Shown piece after piece: positions 22,263 to 34,967 of a stretch of 64,000 nucleotides of DNA. Below the pieces are notes generated by a model. The model was not told where the DNA came from. It ran no database searches and saw nothing but the letters and a program-made list of their open reading frames with translations. The position numbers and the translations under genes were made by a program. How positions within the stretch are numbered: the stretch's first letter is position 1; the number at the start of each line of letters is the position of its first letter. Where the stretch lies: positions 310,001-374,000 of the forward strand of contig OZ361256.1 in NCBI GenBank assembly GCA_977018835.1, read 5' to 3'. The stretch comes from Minutocellus sp. GHC0000111 (taxonomy: Eukaryota).

Positions 22263-25200
22263 ATGGTCGTCGAGGCCGACGGCGGCGCACCGGTCCTGGC
22301 TGCCGGGGTATCGGTCCTCCTCCACACGGTGCCACGGTCAGCGGCCGACATCGACGCCGAGGAGGCCGTGTGGCGTCAGTACAACAGCTGCGTCGATTTT
22401 TCCTTCCAGGAACCGAGGGGGAACGCACGTGAGTCATGTACGAAGTCCGTTTTTCGCAAGAAATCGAGCGCAGGGTCGGGACCAAAACAGCGACTTTTTG
22501 GGCCCGCAACCGCCTGAATCTTAGATCTACCGGCATTGAATACATGTACAATGCAAAGTACATGTATTGCAGCAGCTAGTATCCAGATCTACAATCCAAT
22601 CTAGTATTATTAAACACAATATAACTTAAAAGCACCGCAGGACTAACTAAAATTATCCATGGTTGGATCAGCAGGAGGAGGAGCGATAATTTTCCCATCT
22701 ATCCGAACCATGCCTTTTCAGTCGGCCTGAAATCCTTTCGCACCCCAACATGAATGCCTTCACCGTTTCCAAGAAAATCATTGTTGCCTTTTGCAACGAT
22801 TACCTTCTTTGCAATTCTATGAGCCTCCTGGATGTATGCCGATGCGATCTTCCAGTTTTCCAGCCCCATCCAAACTTCCTCCGCTGCATCCCAAGTCTGA
22901 TCCTCTGTCAAAACCTTCAGCCCCTCCCGATCGTGGCACAACATTGTATGCTGCTTTGACATGCAAGGGAAAACAGACAGATCAAGAACATTCATATGGG
23001 GCATTTGCGGGGCCTGAGGTTCCCAACGCCATCCCTTGTCCCGACAGTATCCTTCCACATATTCCACAAATTCAGTCTCGGCATGGGGCCCAGCATTGTC
23101 GCCCTGGAAAATAGGGACATAGCCTTCAAACTTTCCGCCAGGTCCGACCAAAGCCTCAACATCCGGAAATATCTTGTTCTCAAACAAAGCTTTCAGTGGG
23201 AACTTGGGATTATCAAGGGTGCCATGGCTGCATCCAGTCACCGCGCAATCCACAAGGCATAGATCGTCTTTCTTCCGAACCACCGGGCCGCAATATTTGA
23301 TTCTACCATCTGCCTGCCGCACCGCCTCCCTTACCATCTGCCTCACAATTTTATGCGCCTGAGCCCGAAAAAGTCCAAGCTTGAACGCAATGCCGCCATT
23401 CTCAATGCTGTCAATAAAAGCCAAGGCAGTGACAGCCACCACCATGCACTTGTTGATGTGATTTCGGTGATATGCCGAGAAGGACCGAGGATCAATACCC
23501 AATTCTGCAACATGCTTGGCATACAATCGAAGAACCAAGCCCCAAAACCACTTCTCATCGAACATAACAAGGAGAAACTTGCCACCGCCGAGCCCCCAAT
23601 TGTTTCAGAATTTCCGCGCAAATGCCAAATGTTTCTCCATCTGATGTGTAGTAAGGAGAGGGATGATCCTTTCGGCATAGTACCGGAACCCTTCCCGCGA
23701 CATTTTCCACCGCCGCATTGCCGAGTAGGAACACCAAAAGTTGACATCCAGCTCCCGCCAAGATTCCCGAGGATTTCGTATCAGAGCATCAACAATAACA
23801 TCTCGAATGTATGGCTGCATAGCCAGATGAGATCTCCTCTTCATCTCCCACATCGCCTTCTCAGATGCAGGTAGAGCACCATACGCCTTCATCCATCCCG
23901 AAAATCGTGCACCATGCTCTGCGCTGGACAGCACCGAATAGTTCACCTTTGCCTGCTCCCTGCACTTGGCAATTGCAAAGAGACATGGTGCAGTATACCG
24001 CCGGGTCGCCGTTGCAAGATCGTCGATGACAGAACGGAAGGCGGCCGAATCAGATGAATCATCGGCACTCGTTGGGAAGCAGTGTACCGGTCCAAGTATG
24101 CCGATCGCGTCATCGAAATGCTCAGCTTCGACTTCCGCCCGAGACACAAATGGATTGTACACATGCTCACCGCTGTCTTGGCCATCATCATTGACCAGGA
24201 GAAAACTCTCAAGATTGACGGGCCCGAGGATTTTGAGAAGCACATGCTCCTCAATGTCGTCAGTCGACTCGTCTGCCGGGCGATAAGGGCCGAGAACATG
24301 CCCCTCGACATGGATGATGTCGTGGCAACAACTGAATCGGTGGTGTATGCGAGACAAGGCCGGCCGCGGAGATGTTCCACTCCTCAGTTGCCTTCATCTA
24401 CAAGTTCAACGGCGTGAAGCGGGAGCTAAAGAAGCTCAAGCTCATCCCGGATTGGCTGTGGTGCGAGATCCGGGACGAATGCATCGCACTGCCGATCCGA
24501 GGCGAGTGTCATGCCATCGTTCAAGATGAAGACGAGATGGAGGCCGAACCGTCGCGTCGCACGAACGCGTCCATTTGATTAGAGCCGCTGAAATCTAAAG
24601 TCTTATCCGAATTATTGTTTCACATGAAGATAAATCAAAATTAGAGTAAAAATAGCCATTTTCTTAAATATTTCAGCATGACTATTCTTCGAGGCGCTTT
24701 TCAATCCCCTCGAAAGCAGTCAAAAACCGGGCGCTCGATTTCTCGCGAATCTGACCTTCGTAGCAAATTCAAACCCGAGAGCCGGCATGACCGTAATTGT
24801 AACGGAATTGGCATCTCCGCATGGTAAAGTCAAGGGGCCTACTACTAGTACGTGTACGACCTCTCGATCAGATTTGGCGGACGGAAAGCGTCACCGGGAG
24901 AATGACGGGGCCCGGTGACATGATAATAGTGGTGGTCCTTTGTTGGGGTATCGCCGTGGGTTTCATGCCTGAAAGTTGGGCATTCGGAGAGGACCAGCAC
25001 ATCTTGTGCATTTTTGTTTTTGCATGAGAGATACTCCACCCAGGGCCTCAAGCGCAACCAACTCCTCACTCACATTGATTCATTCTCATCTTCCTCATTT
25101 ACTTCCAGGCAAATTGAAGCGTCTCAATGCCATCTTCGAACGAGCAGCCGATCGCAGGTCCGGTGGAATCCGCGAAGACAAGATCCTGCGCATTCTACCT

Positions 25201-27652
25201 TCTGGTACGGCCACGAAGTATGGCATCGATCCAGACGCCGTCCGTCAGCGACTGCAACTAAGAAGGGAGTGGCAAGAAGAGAACAAACGAATTTCGGCCG
25301 TCGTTGCCAAGGCAGACGGGGGCAAATCCAATAGACGTCGACGCAAGAAGAGTAGGAGGAACCAGCAGCAAGATTCCAGTGGTGATGGTGAAGGAGAGAC
25401 TTCTGCTGCCACAACAGATGCAGAGCAGGATGCTGTTGCAAACGCGGCAAGGGAGGCCCTTGCGAGGCTTGGCCCTTGTCCTGAACTGCGTGTCCTGTCT
25501 CGTGGGACCTTCTTGGCCATGTTTGCCAATGAGTCCAATACTTTCGTCAACACCATGGCCCAGAACGATCGGGCCGATCGCGAGAGGAGATCGGCGAGAC
25601 GCAACAATGCCAATGCCACTGGTAGGAATCCAGATGGAGTTGCCAATGTCGGGTTGATCGGGGGAGATCCGACACGGCTCCAGGTAATGGTTGCTGAACC
25701 GACTCCAACAGGGAATAACAGTCTCGGTCTTGCCAATGGTGTTTTGGGCGAAATGACCAACCACCATCCACCCAATGGCATTTCATCACAGTCCAGCCCT
25801 ACTGCTGGACATCAGCGATACCAGCTCATCCCCGAGATGAACGCTTCACCATCAAGCGATATGTCATCATCTCCTCACAATGCTGGTGATTATACTCTTC
25901 GGTCGGACACAACTGGAAGAGAGGAGAAAGCTATGCGCCGTGGTAGCAGAACGAGATCTAACAGGAAGAGCAGCGGCCGGAGTGGTAAGAATAGAAGGAG
26001 AGCCGCTAGTAGCAGCAGCGGCGGCGGCGGCAATGCAGCCACAGGCTATCATTTTGATTACAACTACGAGCCCACCCTCGAAGACGATGCTTCAATCTCA
26101 TCTCTGTCTACCTTGGGCAGTGCCGGTGCCGGGAGGGGAACTAGCGACAACCTGGACCGGCGCAGATTCGGCCACCACAGAAATGATTCCATCTCTACCC
26201 TAAGCTCTATTGGGGCAGATCCCTACGTTGATCGGAGTTTGAATAGGTCGCTGTCACACGACCAAGAGTACTTTACCAACGAATTTGTAACCGGAAATGA
26301 AGATCTTAACATTCTCAGCCCCGAAAGTTGCAATGGTAGCCTCGCGGGCAGTTTTGGATTCTCGCCAGATTCGACTTCTTCACAGCTAAACCATGGCCAA
26401 GCTCATCATTCTGCTGACGCAGCTGCCGGGGGAATGCCCGCTTCACCTCGACAGGAGATCCCTTCTCCTCCTATCGAAATGAAGATGGGCGAGCTTCAAA
26501 AACCGAAGTTGATCGAAAGGACCAAGAGCGATTCCAGCAGCCGAAGCAATCGAAGGAAAAAGAAGAGAAGCGGGAATAGCGGAAGCATGAGATCAAGACA
26601 TAGTCTAGACGATAGCAGCAGTATTGGTAGTGGAAGTTACCAGAGTGGCGGAAAGCTCATTGGACAGTCGCCTTCAAAGGAAGAACGAAAGGCCATGAGA
26701 AGGGAGCGTCGCCGGAGAAAGGAGGAGAGGCGAAAGGCAGAACTCCAGCTAGAGAGGCGGCAGCGTGAGCTCGATGCATCTGCTAATATCGGGACTGCCA
26801 CTTCCACTGCACAGTATGGTCAACCATTAACCTACGCTGACTCGCAGCAGTATCACCAACCGCAATTTTTGTCTCCGGCTCTACCGATGACGAGACCGCC
26901 AGAGCAGCGTTTCGGTACTGTGCCTCAAAGAGGAGTGTACAATTGCGAGCCAAATGGCAGGAGCGAAGACGAGCACGATTGTGTTTTCTTTTCCGCAATC
27001 TGTAGCATTCTTCAAAAATATTTCCCTGTTTTGGCCAGCAAGAAGAAGGTGCTGGTTCAAAATGTACCTCGACAGCAACCTGAAGAATCCCTAGTCCTCC
27101 CAACGCAAGTTCCCAACGTACCTGGTGTGGTCTTACCTTCATCAACTAGTCAGCAGCCAATGATTGGCCTGACACAGCTCGGACAACCACTTGGAGGTCA
27201 TCATCGGCGCGCAGCATCGTTGACCAATAATACGTTGGAATCTCCCGCCCACAAGTTCTACGTCCGCCATCAAAGGTCAAATTCAATTGATGGACGGCTT
27301 CCGCCTGGCTATCCCCATCACCAGCAACTGCAGCATCAGTACGTGGGTATTGTCCCTTTGGCAGCGATTGCAGGTTCACCGTCGACTCCTGATCTTGCAG
27401 GTCTAGCATTCCTCGCGACGCCTCACAAGCCCATGGTGCCCCCCCCCGGCAATGTCGTCGGCGGGATCATCAGCGGGCTCGCCGTCTTCCTTGGATCATC
27501 GATCGGGCCTTCCAAGCTCTCTGCAAGCTTTGGCGCAGAACGATCCCAGCCTGCATCAACAAATATCAAGTGCGGCCTCCTTCTCCTCAGTTAGCAGCCA
27601 CTCAACGAATGGCAGTGCCCCTCTTGCAGGTGAATTCGTTGTGATTGCTTAG
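22263..27652 (+). CDS. Large low-complexity hypothetical protein; intron 1 (22429-25108) contains transposon copy A
   Basis: Exon 1 22263-22428 ends C|gtgagt and joins in phase 1 to cttccag|GC at 25109, in frame with the long ORF. A probable C-run frameshift near 27445 moves the stop from 27594 to 27652. Confidence 0.65.
22441..24760 (-). mobile_element. Tc1/mariner-superfamily DNA transposon, copy A (near full length, 2320 bp, frameshifted transposase)
   Basis: TA at 22439-40 and 24761-62. TIRs cgaagtccgt..gaaatcgagcgc and gcgctcgatttctcgcgaatctgaccttcg. Transposase motifs FDEKWF, FQGDNAGPH and PQMPHMNVLDLSVF. Confidence 0.93.
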
Positions 27653-27835
27653 CTACATGCGTCGTACGTAGTTAGCGGCAGAGCACACTTACTTTATGAA
27701 ACAAAAAACAAACACACAATCATTGATAATTAACGCACCGGCAGGGGCTGGGGTGGAAATGTCAACCCATACATGCATTCTTTTAATTCAATAGACATCC
27801 GTATATATCCAATGCTTGTATCTAATTAATGCATA

Positions 27836-28654
27836 CTACGCAAAGGTATTCTTCCAGCCAGGCAGGAAGGAATTGAGTACAGATGCTGCTTGGATTGATG
27901 GCAAAAGTTCTTGCACGTCATCGCTGCTGCTGCCATGGTCTAATGCCTCGAGATCAAGTGTCTCCCACATATCTGGTTCCAGCTCCGCCAGCTCTAACGC
28001 CTCGTCGTATGTCAGCATCCTATCAATGAAGCATTGTAGATTGAACTCACTTGGCCGGGCTCTTGTCGTCGATGCACTATCGCTGTCATACCCTTCTTCC
28101 GACAAGGGGTCTACCTTGTCTGTAAAATTGTTCAGCACACATTGCAAGCTACGCCTGGCATCCTCAATCTTCTCCTAATCCAGCTGCGTAGTTCTTGTTT
28201 TTCGCATGCGCAGGGGTTTAGCGAAAGCGACGCCACCAATATCTGAATAACCAATCTGCTTGAGGAATTCTTTCTTTGTAGGTGCCATACCCTTCCAGTA
28301 CGTCGGATGAGCCGCCTTGTTGACCGAACCGATGCCCTTGTACACATACAGCCCATTTGACGCTTGCTCTTTCGAATGATCGTAGCTAACTTCAATCGGC
28401 GTCGCATATGCTAGATATGGATCGCTAACTGCCATTCCGATCCTATAAAACTGATACCCATCTTCCACCAGCGTGGCATCGGCCTTGTCGGGAATGGTAA
28501 GGACCGGGCACAGGCACAGTATCCGCTTCATCGGCGAGATGCTGGCAATAAAGTCGGCACCGGAAAGGAGTTGACGCTGACTTCGATGGCGGAGTCTTCT
28601 CTTTCCGACCCCTCGCATGAGCCCTGCCGCTGCGCCACCGCCGAGGCCGGTCAT
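27836..28654 (-). CDS. Hypothetical protein broken by two apparent small indels
   Basis: Three consecutive minus-strand ORF segments (28175-28714, 28132-28407, 27836-28147) can be joined into one protein-like frame. No family recognised. Confidence 0.45.
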
Positions 28655-28834
28655 GCTGAAGATGTATGATATGAATTCTATCCAGAAGGGGTTGTTCCTT
28701 TGGAATTCCAGCACCGAGATTCATGGAATTCTGCAGAACAGTGCATGCCTCATTTCTGCATTGGGAAACCCGGAGGAGAACGTGCAGCAAAGTGGCCAAT
28801 CGGCTTCACCTTTTCGCCACAATTTGCTGGCAAG

Positions 28835-31800
28835 ATGATGATAAGTACCGTCCTCAGGCGCTCGGCCGCCCTGCGGCGGGTCCTTACCACCACCAGCGTG
28901 GGTCGCACGTACCATGCCTCGGCCACCCTATCCGCCGATGCGCTCGATATGGCCGACTCGTTTTCTCGGCGGCACCGTAAGTTTGGTTGGCTGGTTGTGC
29001 CGCATTTTTTTTTGATTCCAACAAAAATAACCTGACGTGGTTCGGCAGATACTTGGTGATAACATATCTATTCTTCACGATGAACTCACCTGTGATCCTC
29101 AACTCACTTTTCAAACCAAACAGTTGGTCCTCGCCAGGAGGATGCCAAGTCCATGCTTTCCTCCATTGGATTCGATTCGATGGAGGCCTTGATCGACTCG
29201 ACCGTCCCTCCCAGCATCCGATCGGATAAGGAGCTGGATCTGGCCCCAGCCCTATCGGAATCGGAGGCTCTGGCCAAGATCAAGGAGATGGCCGACAAGA
29301 ATCACGTGATGAAGTCCTACATCGGACAGGGATACTACGACACCATCGTCCCACCGGTCATTCTGCGCAACATATTGGAGAATCCTGGATGGTACACGGC
29401 ATACACGCCGTATCAGGCCGAGATTGCCCAGGGACGCCTCGAGATGCTCCTCAATTTCCAGACATTGTGCTCGGACCTCACGGGCCTGCCCATGAGTGTC
29501 GCTTCGTTGCTGGATGAGTCGACTGCCGCCGCTGAGGCGATGCAAATGTGCTTTGCACTCAAAGGCAAGAGAGGCAAGAGGAATAAGTTTCATGTTTCGG
29601 AGGACGTTCATCCTCAGACCATTGCTCTCATTGAAACTCGTGCTGCTGAGATTGGCATCGAGGTCACTGTCGGTGCCCATTCTGATGCCGACTTCACCAC
29701 CGGAGATTACTGTGGTGCCATTGTTCAGTATCCCAACACATACGGCAGTGTCGAGTCTCCTGGTGAGTCCTACAAGGACTTTACCGATAGGGCGCACGCC
29801 GAGAACGCAATGGTCATCTGCGCCACCGATCTGATGGCTCTGTCCAAGCTCGCCCCTCCCAGCTCATGGGGAGCCGACATTGCCGTTGGATCTGCCCAGC
29901 GCTTCGGCGTCCCCATGGGCTTTGGTGGTCCTCACGCTGGCTTTCTCTCGACGTCGGATGCTTACTCCCGCAAGATGCCCGGCCGCATCATTGGCGTCAC
30001 CGTTGATTCCAACGGCAAGCCCTGCCTTCGCATGGCCATGCAGACCCGTGAGCAGCACATCCGACGAGACAAGGCCACTTCCAATATCTGCACAGCTCAG
30101 GCACTCCTCGCTAATATGGCCGCCGCTTATGCCGTCTACCACGGTCCTGAAGGCATCAAGGACATTGCTGGTCGTATCCATGCCCTGGCTCGTGTGGCTC
30201 ACCGAGAGCTCGGCAAGGCTGGTTTCAAGGTAACCGACGGTGCCTTCTTCGATACCATCACGGTGGGCACCTCGTCGAAGGGAATGACTACCGCACAGGT
30301 TCAGGCCGGCGCTGTCTCCGTCGGTGCCAATGTTCGCGTCATCGACGAGAATACTGTCGGTGTCAGTATGGGAGAAGGCATTACACGAGAGGATTTGTCC
30401 AAGCTTCTCAGTGGAGCCTTTGGTCTGACCGATGCCGATGTCACGGCCGACGAATCGCTCATGGAAGTTGACAGCTCCGTCGCTCGCGAGGGTGAGATTA
30501 TGGAGCACCCCATCTTCCGCATCCACCATTCTGAGACTCAGATGCTTCGCTACATCAAGACCCTCGAAAATCGCGACCTGTCTCTGAATCATTCCATGAT
30601 TTCTCTTGGCTCCTGTACCATGAAGCTCAATGCCACCTCGGAGATGATCCCGGTAACTTGGCCTGGACTTTGCGACATTCACCCCTTTGCTCCCCACGAG
30701 CAGGTCCAGGGGTACCACGAACTTATTGAAGATCTCAACAAAGATCTGGCCGAGATCACTGGTTTCGCTGCCGTCAGCGCCCAGCCCAATTCTGGCGCCA
30801 CTGGCGAGTATGCTGGCCTGCTCACTATCAAGCGTTACCTCGAGTCCAAGGGAGAGGGACACCGCAATGTTTGTCTCATCCCCAAGTCCGCCCACGGCAC
30901 CAACCCCGCTTCTGCTGCCATGGCAGGCATGAAGGTCGTTGTTGTGGACAACGATGATCAGGGCAATATCGACATTGACGATCTCAATGCCAAGATCACC
31001 AAGCATCGTGATAATGTTGCTGCCTTCATGGTGACCTACCCCTCAACCTTTGGAGTGTTCGAGGAGTCTATCAAGGAGATCATCGAGTCTGTCCACGAGG
31101 CCGGAGGCCAAGTGTACATGGATGGTGCCAACATGAATGCTCAGGTCGGTCTCACGAGCCCTGGTTTGATCGGAGCCGATGTTTGTCACTTGAATCTGCA
31201 CAAGACCTTTTGCATTCCTCACGGTGGTGGAGGACCTGGCGTCGGATCGATCGGTGTCGCTGCTCATCTTGCACCCTTCCTCCCGGGCCATATCATGGAT
31301 CCCGAAGCGTCGGGAAAGCTTTGCGGATCTGATTTGTGTGTGCCACGCAAGGAGGGTGCCATCGCGGGTGCGCCCTTTGGATCTGCCGCGATTCTTCCCA
31401 TTTCCTGGATGTACATAAAGATGAACGGAACTGAGGGATTGAAAAATGCTACTGGATATGCCATCTTGAATGCCAACTACATGGCCGCTCGGCTGAATGG
31501 CGCCTACGATGTTCTCTACGTCGGAAAGAATGGTCAGTGCGCCCACGAATTTATTTTGGATCTGAGACCGCTCAAGGCCGCCACCGGCGTCACAGAGGAG
31601 GATGTTGCTAAGCGTTTGCAGGACTATGGCTTCCACTCTCCCACCATGTCTTGGCCAGTCGCTGGAACTCTCATGGTGGAGCCTACAGAGAGTGAGGATC
31701 TCGCCGAACTCGATCGATTCTGTGATGCCATGCTTTCGATTCGAGCAGAGATTGACGACGTAGGCAGTGGGCGCATTGCACTCGAGGACTCTCCTCTTCG

Positions 31801-32020
31801 AAATGCTCCTCATACAATGGACGATGTCATGAACGCAAAATGGGACAGACCGTACCCACGTGAGGTTGGTGCCTACCCGGCGCCCTGGATTCGGGCCAAT
31901 AAGTTCTGGCCTTCGTGTGGCCGTGTGGACAATGTCTTTGGTGATCGTAACCTGGTCTGCACCTGTCCTCCGCTATCGGCATACGAGGATGACGGGGACG
32001 AAGTCAAGAAAGTGGCGTAG
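28835..32020 (+). CDS. GDCP: Glycine decarboxylase P protein, mitochondrial (intron 28977-29123)
   Basis: Mitochondrial presequence. The splice gives FSRRHLGP. Motifs [35 protein letters not shown] and [18 protein letters not shown] (PLP lysine). Confidence 0.97.
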
Positions 32021-32218
32021 ATATAGCATACCGGTATTTAGGTCTCGTAAATGGCAAAAGAAGGATTTTTTATATTATACCGCCCTTGCATGTACCGGTA
32101 GTTCATTAGTGTGAGTGAGTGTTGGCAAAAGAAGGCACAGAGACCTTTGGCACTACGGCACATACATGCATTCTAGATCTAAAAGTGATAAAGTGCAGTC
32201 CAGCTTTTGCCGCACATA

Positions 32219-34077
32219 CGAGGTCAGATTCGCGAGAAATCGAGCGCCCGGTTTTTGACTGCTTTCGAGGGGATTGAAAAGCGCCTCGAAGAATAGTCAT
32301 GCTGAAATATTTAAGAAAATGGCTATTTTTACTCTAATTTTGATTTATCTTCATGTGAAACAATAATTCGGATAAGACTTTAGATTTCAGCGGCTCTAAT
32401 CAAATGGACGCGTTCGTCGCACTTGGACCGGTATACTGCTTCCCAACGAGTGCCGATGATTCATCTGATTCGGCCGCCTTCCGTTCTGTCATCGACGATC
32501 TTGCAACGGCGACCCGGCGGTATACTGCACCATGTCTCTTTGCAATTGCCAAGTGCAGGGAGCGGGCAAAGGTGGACTATTCGGTGCTGTCCAGAGCGCA
32601 GAGCATGGTGCACGATTTTCGGGATGGATGAAGGCGTATGGTGCTCTACCTGCATCTGAGAAGGCGATGTGGGAGATGAAGAGGAGATCTCATCTGGCTA
32701 TGCAGCCATACATTCGAGATGTTATTGTTGATGCTCTGATACGAAATCCTCGGGAATCTTGGCGGGAGCTGGAGGTGGATGTCAACTTTTGGTGTTCCTA
32801 CTCGGCAATACGGCGGTGGATAATGTCGCGGGAAGGGTTCCGGTACTATGCCGAAAGGATCATCCCTCTCCTTACTACACATCAGATGGAGAAACATTTG
32901 GCATTTGCGCGGACATTCCGAAACAATTGGGGGCTCGGCGGTGGCAAGTTTCTCCTTGTTATGTTCGATGAGAAGTGGTTTTGGGGCTTGGTTCTTCGAT
33001 CGTATGCCAAGCAAGTTGCAGAATTGGGTATTGATCCTCGGTCCTTCTCGGCATATCACCGAAATCACATCAACAGGTGCATGGTGGTGGCTGTCACTGC
33101 CTTGGCTTTTATTGACAGCATTGAGAATGGCGGCATTGCGTTCAAGCTTGGACTTTTTCGGGCTCAGGCGCATAAAATTGCGAGGCAGATGGTAAGGGAG
33201 GCGGTGCGGCAGGCAGATGGTAGAATCAAATATTGCGGCCCGGTGGTTCGGAAGAAAGACGATCTATACCTTGTGTGGATTGCGCGGTGACTGGATGCAG
33301 CCATGGCACCCTTGATAATCCCAAGTTCCCACTGAAAGCTTTGTTTGAGAACAAGATATTTCCGGATGTTGAGGCTTTGGTCGGACCTGGCGGAAAGTTT
33401 GAAGGCTATGTCCCTATTTTCCAGGGCGACAATGCTGGGCCCCATGCCGAGACTGAATTTGTGGAATATGTGGAAGGATACTGTCGGGACAAGGGATGGC
33501 GTTGGGAACCTCAGGCCCCGCAAATGCCCCATATGAATGTTCTTGATCTGTCCGTTTTCCCTTGCATGTCAAAGCAGCATACAATGTTGTGCCGCGGTCG
33601 GGAGGGGCTGAAGGTTTTGACAGAGGATCAGACTTGGGATGCAGCGGAGGAAGTTTGGATGGGGCTGGAAAACTGGAAGATCGCATCGGCATACATCCAG
33701 GCTCATAGAATTGCAAAGAAGGTAATCGTTGCAAAAGGCAACAATGATTTTCTTGGAAACGGTGAAGGCATTCATGTTGGGGTGCGAAAGGATTTCAGGC
33801 CGACTGAAAATGGCATGGTTCGGATAGATGGGAAAATTATCGCTCCTCCTCCTGCTGATCCAACCATGGATAATTAGTCCTGCGGTGCTTTTAAGTTATA
33901 TTGTGTTTAATAATACTAGATTGGATTGTAGATCTGGATACTAGCTGCTGCAATACATGTACTTTGCATTGTACATGTATTCAATGCCGGTAGATCTAAG
34001 ATTCAGGCGGTTGCGGGCCCAAAAAGTCGCTGTTTTGGTCCCGACCCTGCGCTCGATTTCTCGCGAAACGGACTTCG
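32219..34077 (+). mobile_element. Tc1/mariner transposon, copy B (1859 bp, ~460-bp deletion near the 5' end)
   Basis: TA at 32217-18 and 34078-79. 29-bp TIRs with 3 mismatches (cgaggtcagattcgcgagaaatcgagcgc vs cgaagtccgtttcgcgagaaatcgagcgc). Transposase 32404-33877 has two 2-nt insertions. Confidence 0.95.
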
Positions 34078-34417
34078 TACATGTAGGAATTCCTAGTTGA
34101 AAAGGCAAAAAGGAAACGAGAAAAGTAAAAAAGAGAAGAAACTCCAGCGCCAGCGCCCAGCACAAGCACACGTCATCACGCACGCCGCGCGCGCCAACCA
34201 CTTCTTCTCGCTCTGCCCGAGCCGACTCGCCGCCCGGACTAGCGGAGCGCAACTCTCTTCACGCACCACCACCCCGCCGCTTCCACCTCAGCTAGCGCGA
34301 AGCCACTGTGTCGCTACTTATTTTCTCTAGTCGAATACTGGCATTCCTGTTGGACTAAAGTACTGACATTCCTGCTGGAAGTAGAAAAAGCAATCGGCAA
34401 CATTCATCATCATCATT

Positions 34418-34798
34418 ATGAGCAAACCCAATGCTGACGCACCCTCAACAATATCGGAATACGACGACCGAGACAATACGGCGTGGGTGTATTCCTTCTC
34501 GGCTGCAATGATGCCGTTTGTAGCATTTTGCTATGGTCACCAGCGAGGAGTGACCGGGAGAGTAGTCGAGCGAATGGTGAAGAGCCCGGTTGGGGTGTAC
34601 GGCTTGTTTTTACTGCCATTCGCGACGCTGGGGATGGAGAAATGCATATACGATTCTGTCCAATCTTGGCAGGGAATCGACCCGAATGTCAGACCGGCTG
34701 ATCGCGGCGGCTTTCCCTCAGGTGGAGCCGATTTGCCGTCTTTTAGTTTGATACCTGTACAGAAGAGAATAGCAAGGAAATTGACGAGTCAACATTAG
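34418..34798 (+). CDS. Small hypothetical membrane protein
   Basis: 126-aa ATG ORF with two hydrophobic segments, flanked by promoter-like and 3'UTR-like sequence. Confidence 0.6.
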   Translation: MSKPNADAPSTISEYDDRDNTAWVYSFSAAMMPFVAFCYGHQRGVTGRVVERMVKSPVGVYGLFLLPFATLGMEKCIYDSVQSWQGIDPNVRPADRGGFPSGGADLPSFSLIPVQKRIARKLTSQH

Positions 34799-34967
34799 AT
34801 GAATGAGATGCAGTAGGAATTCCTAGATTTATCCATCGTTGATTTGGATTGGTATAGAAATTGCTGAGATGTTGTACATATAGGAATTACAGAATAATTG
34901 CCGAGATACACTTGCTATCAACGCTTTTAGCAAATTAATTCAATGAAATTTAATAGATCTACTCGGC

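Noticed and set aside
22441..24760. Fanzor/TnpB RNA-guided nuclease cargo in the transposon
   Set aside because: No RuvC-like motifs or CxxC zinc finger are visible, and the second ORF (~150 aa) is too short.
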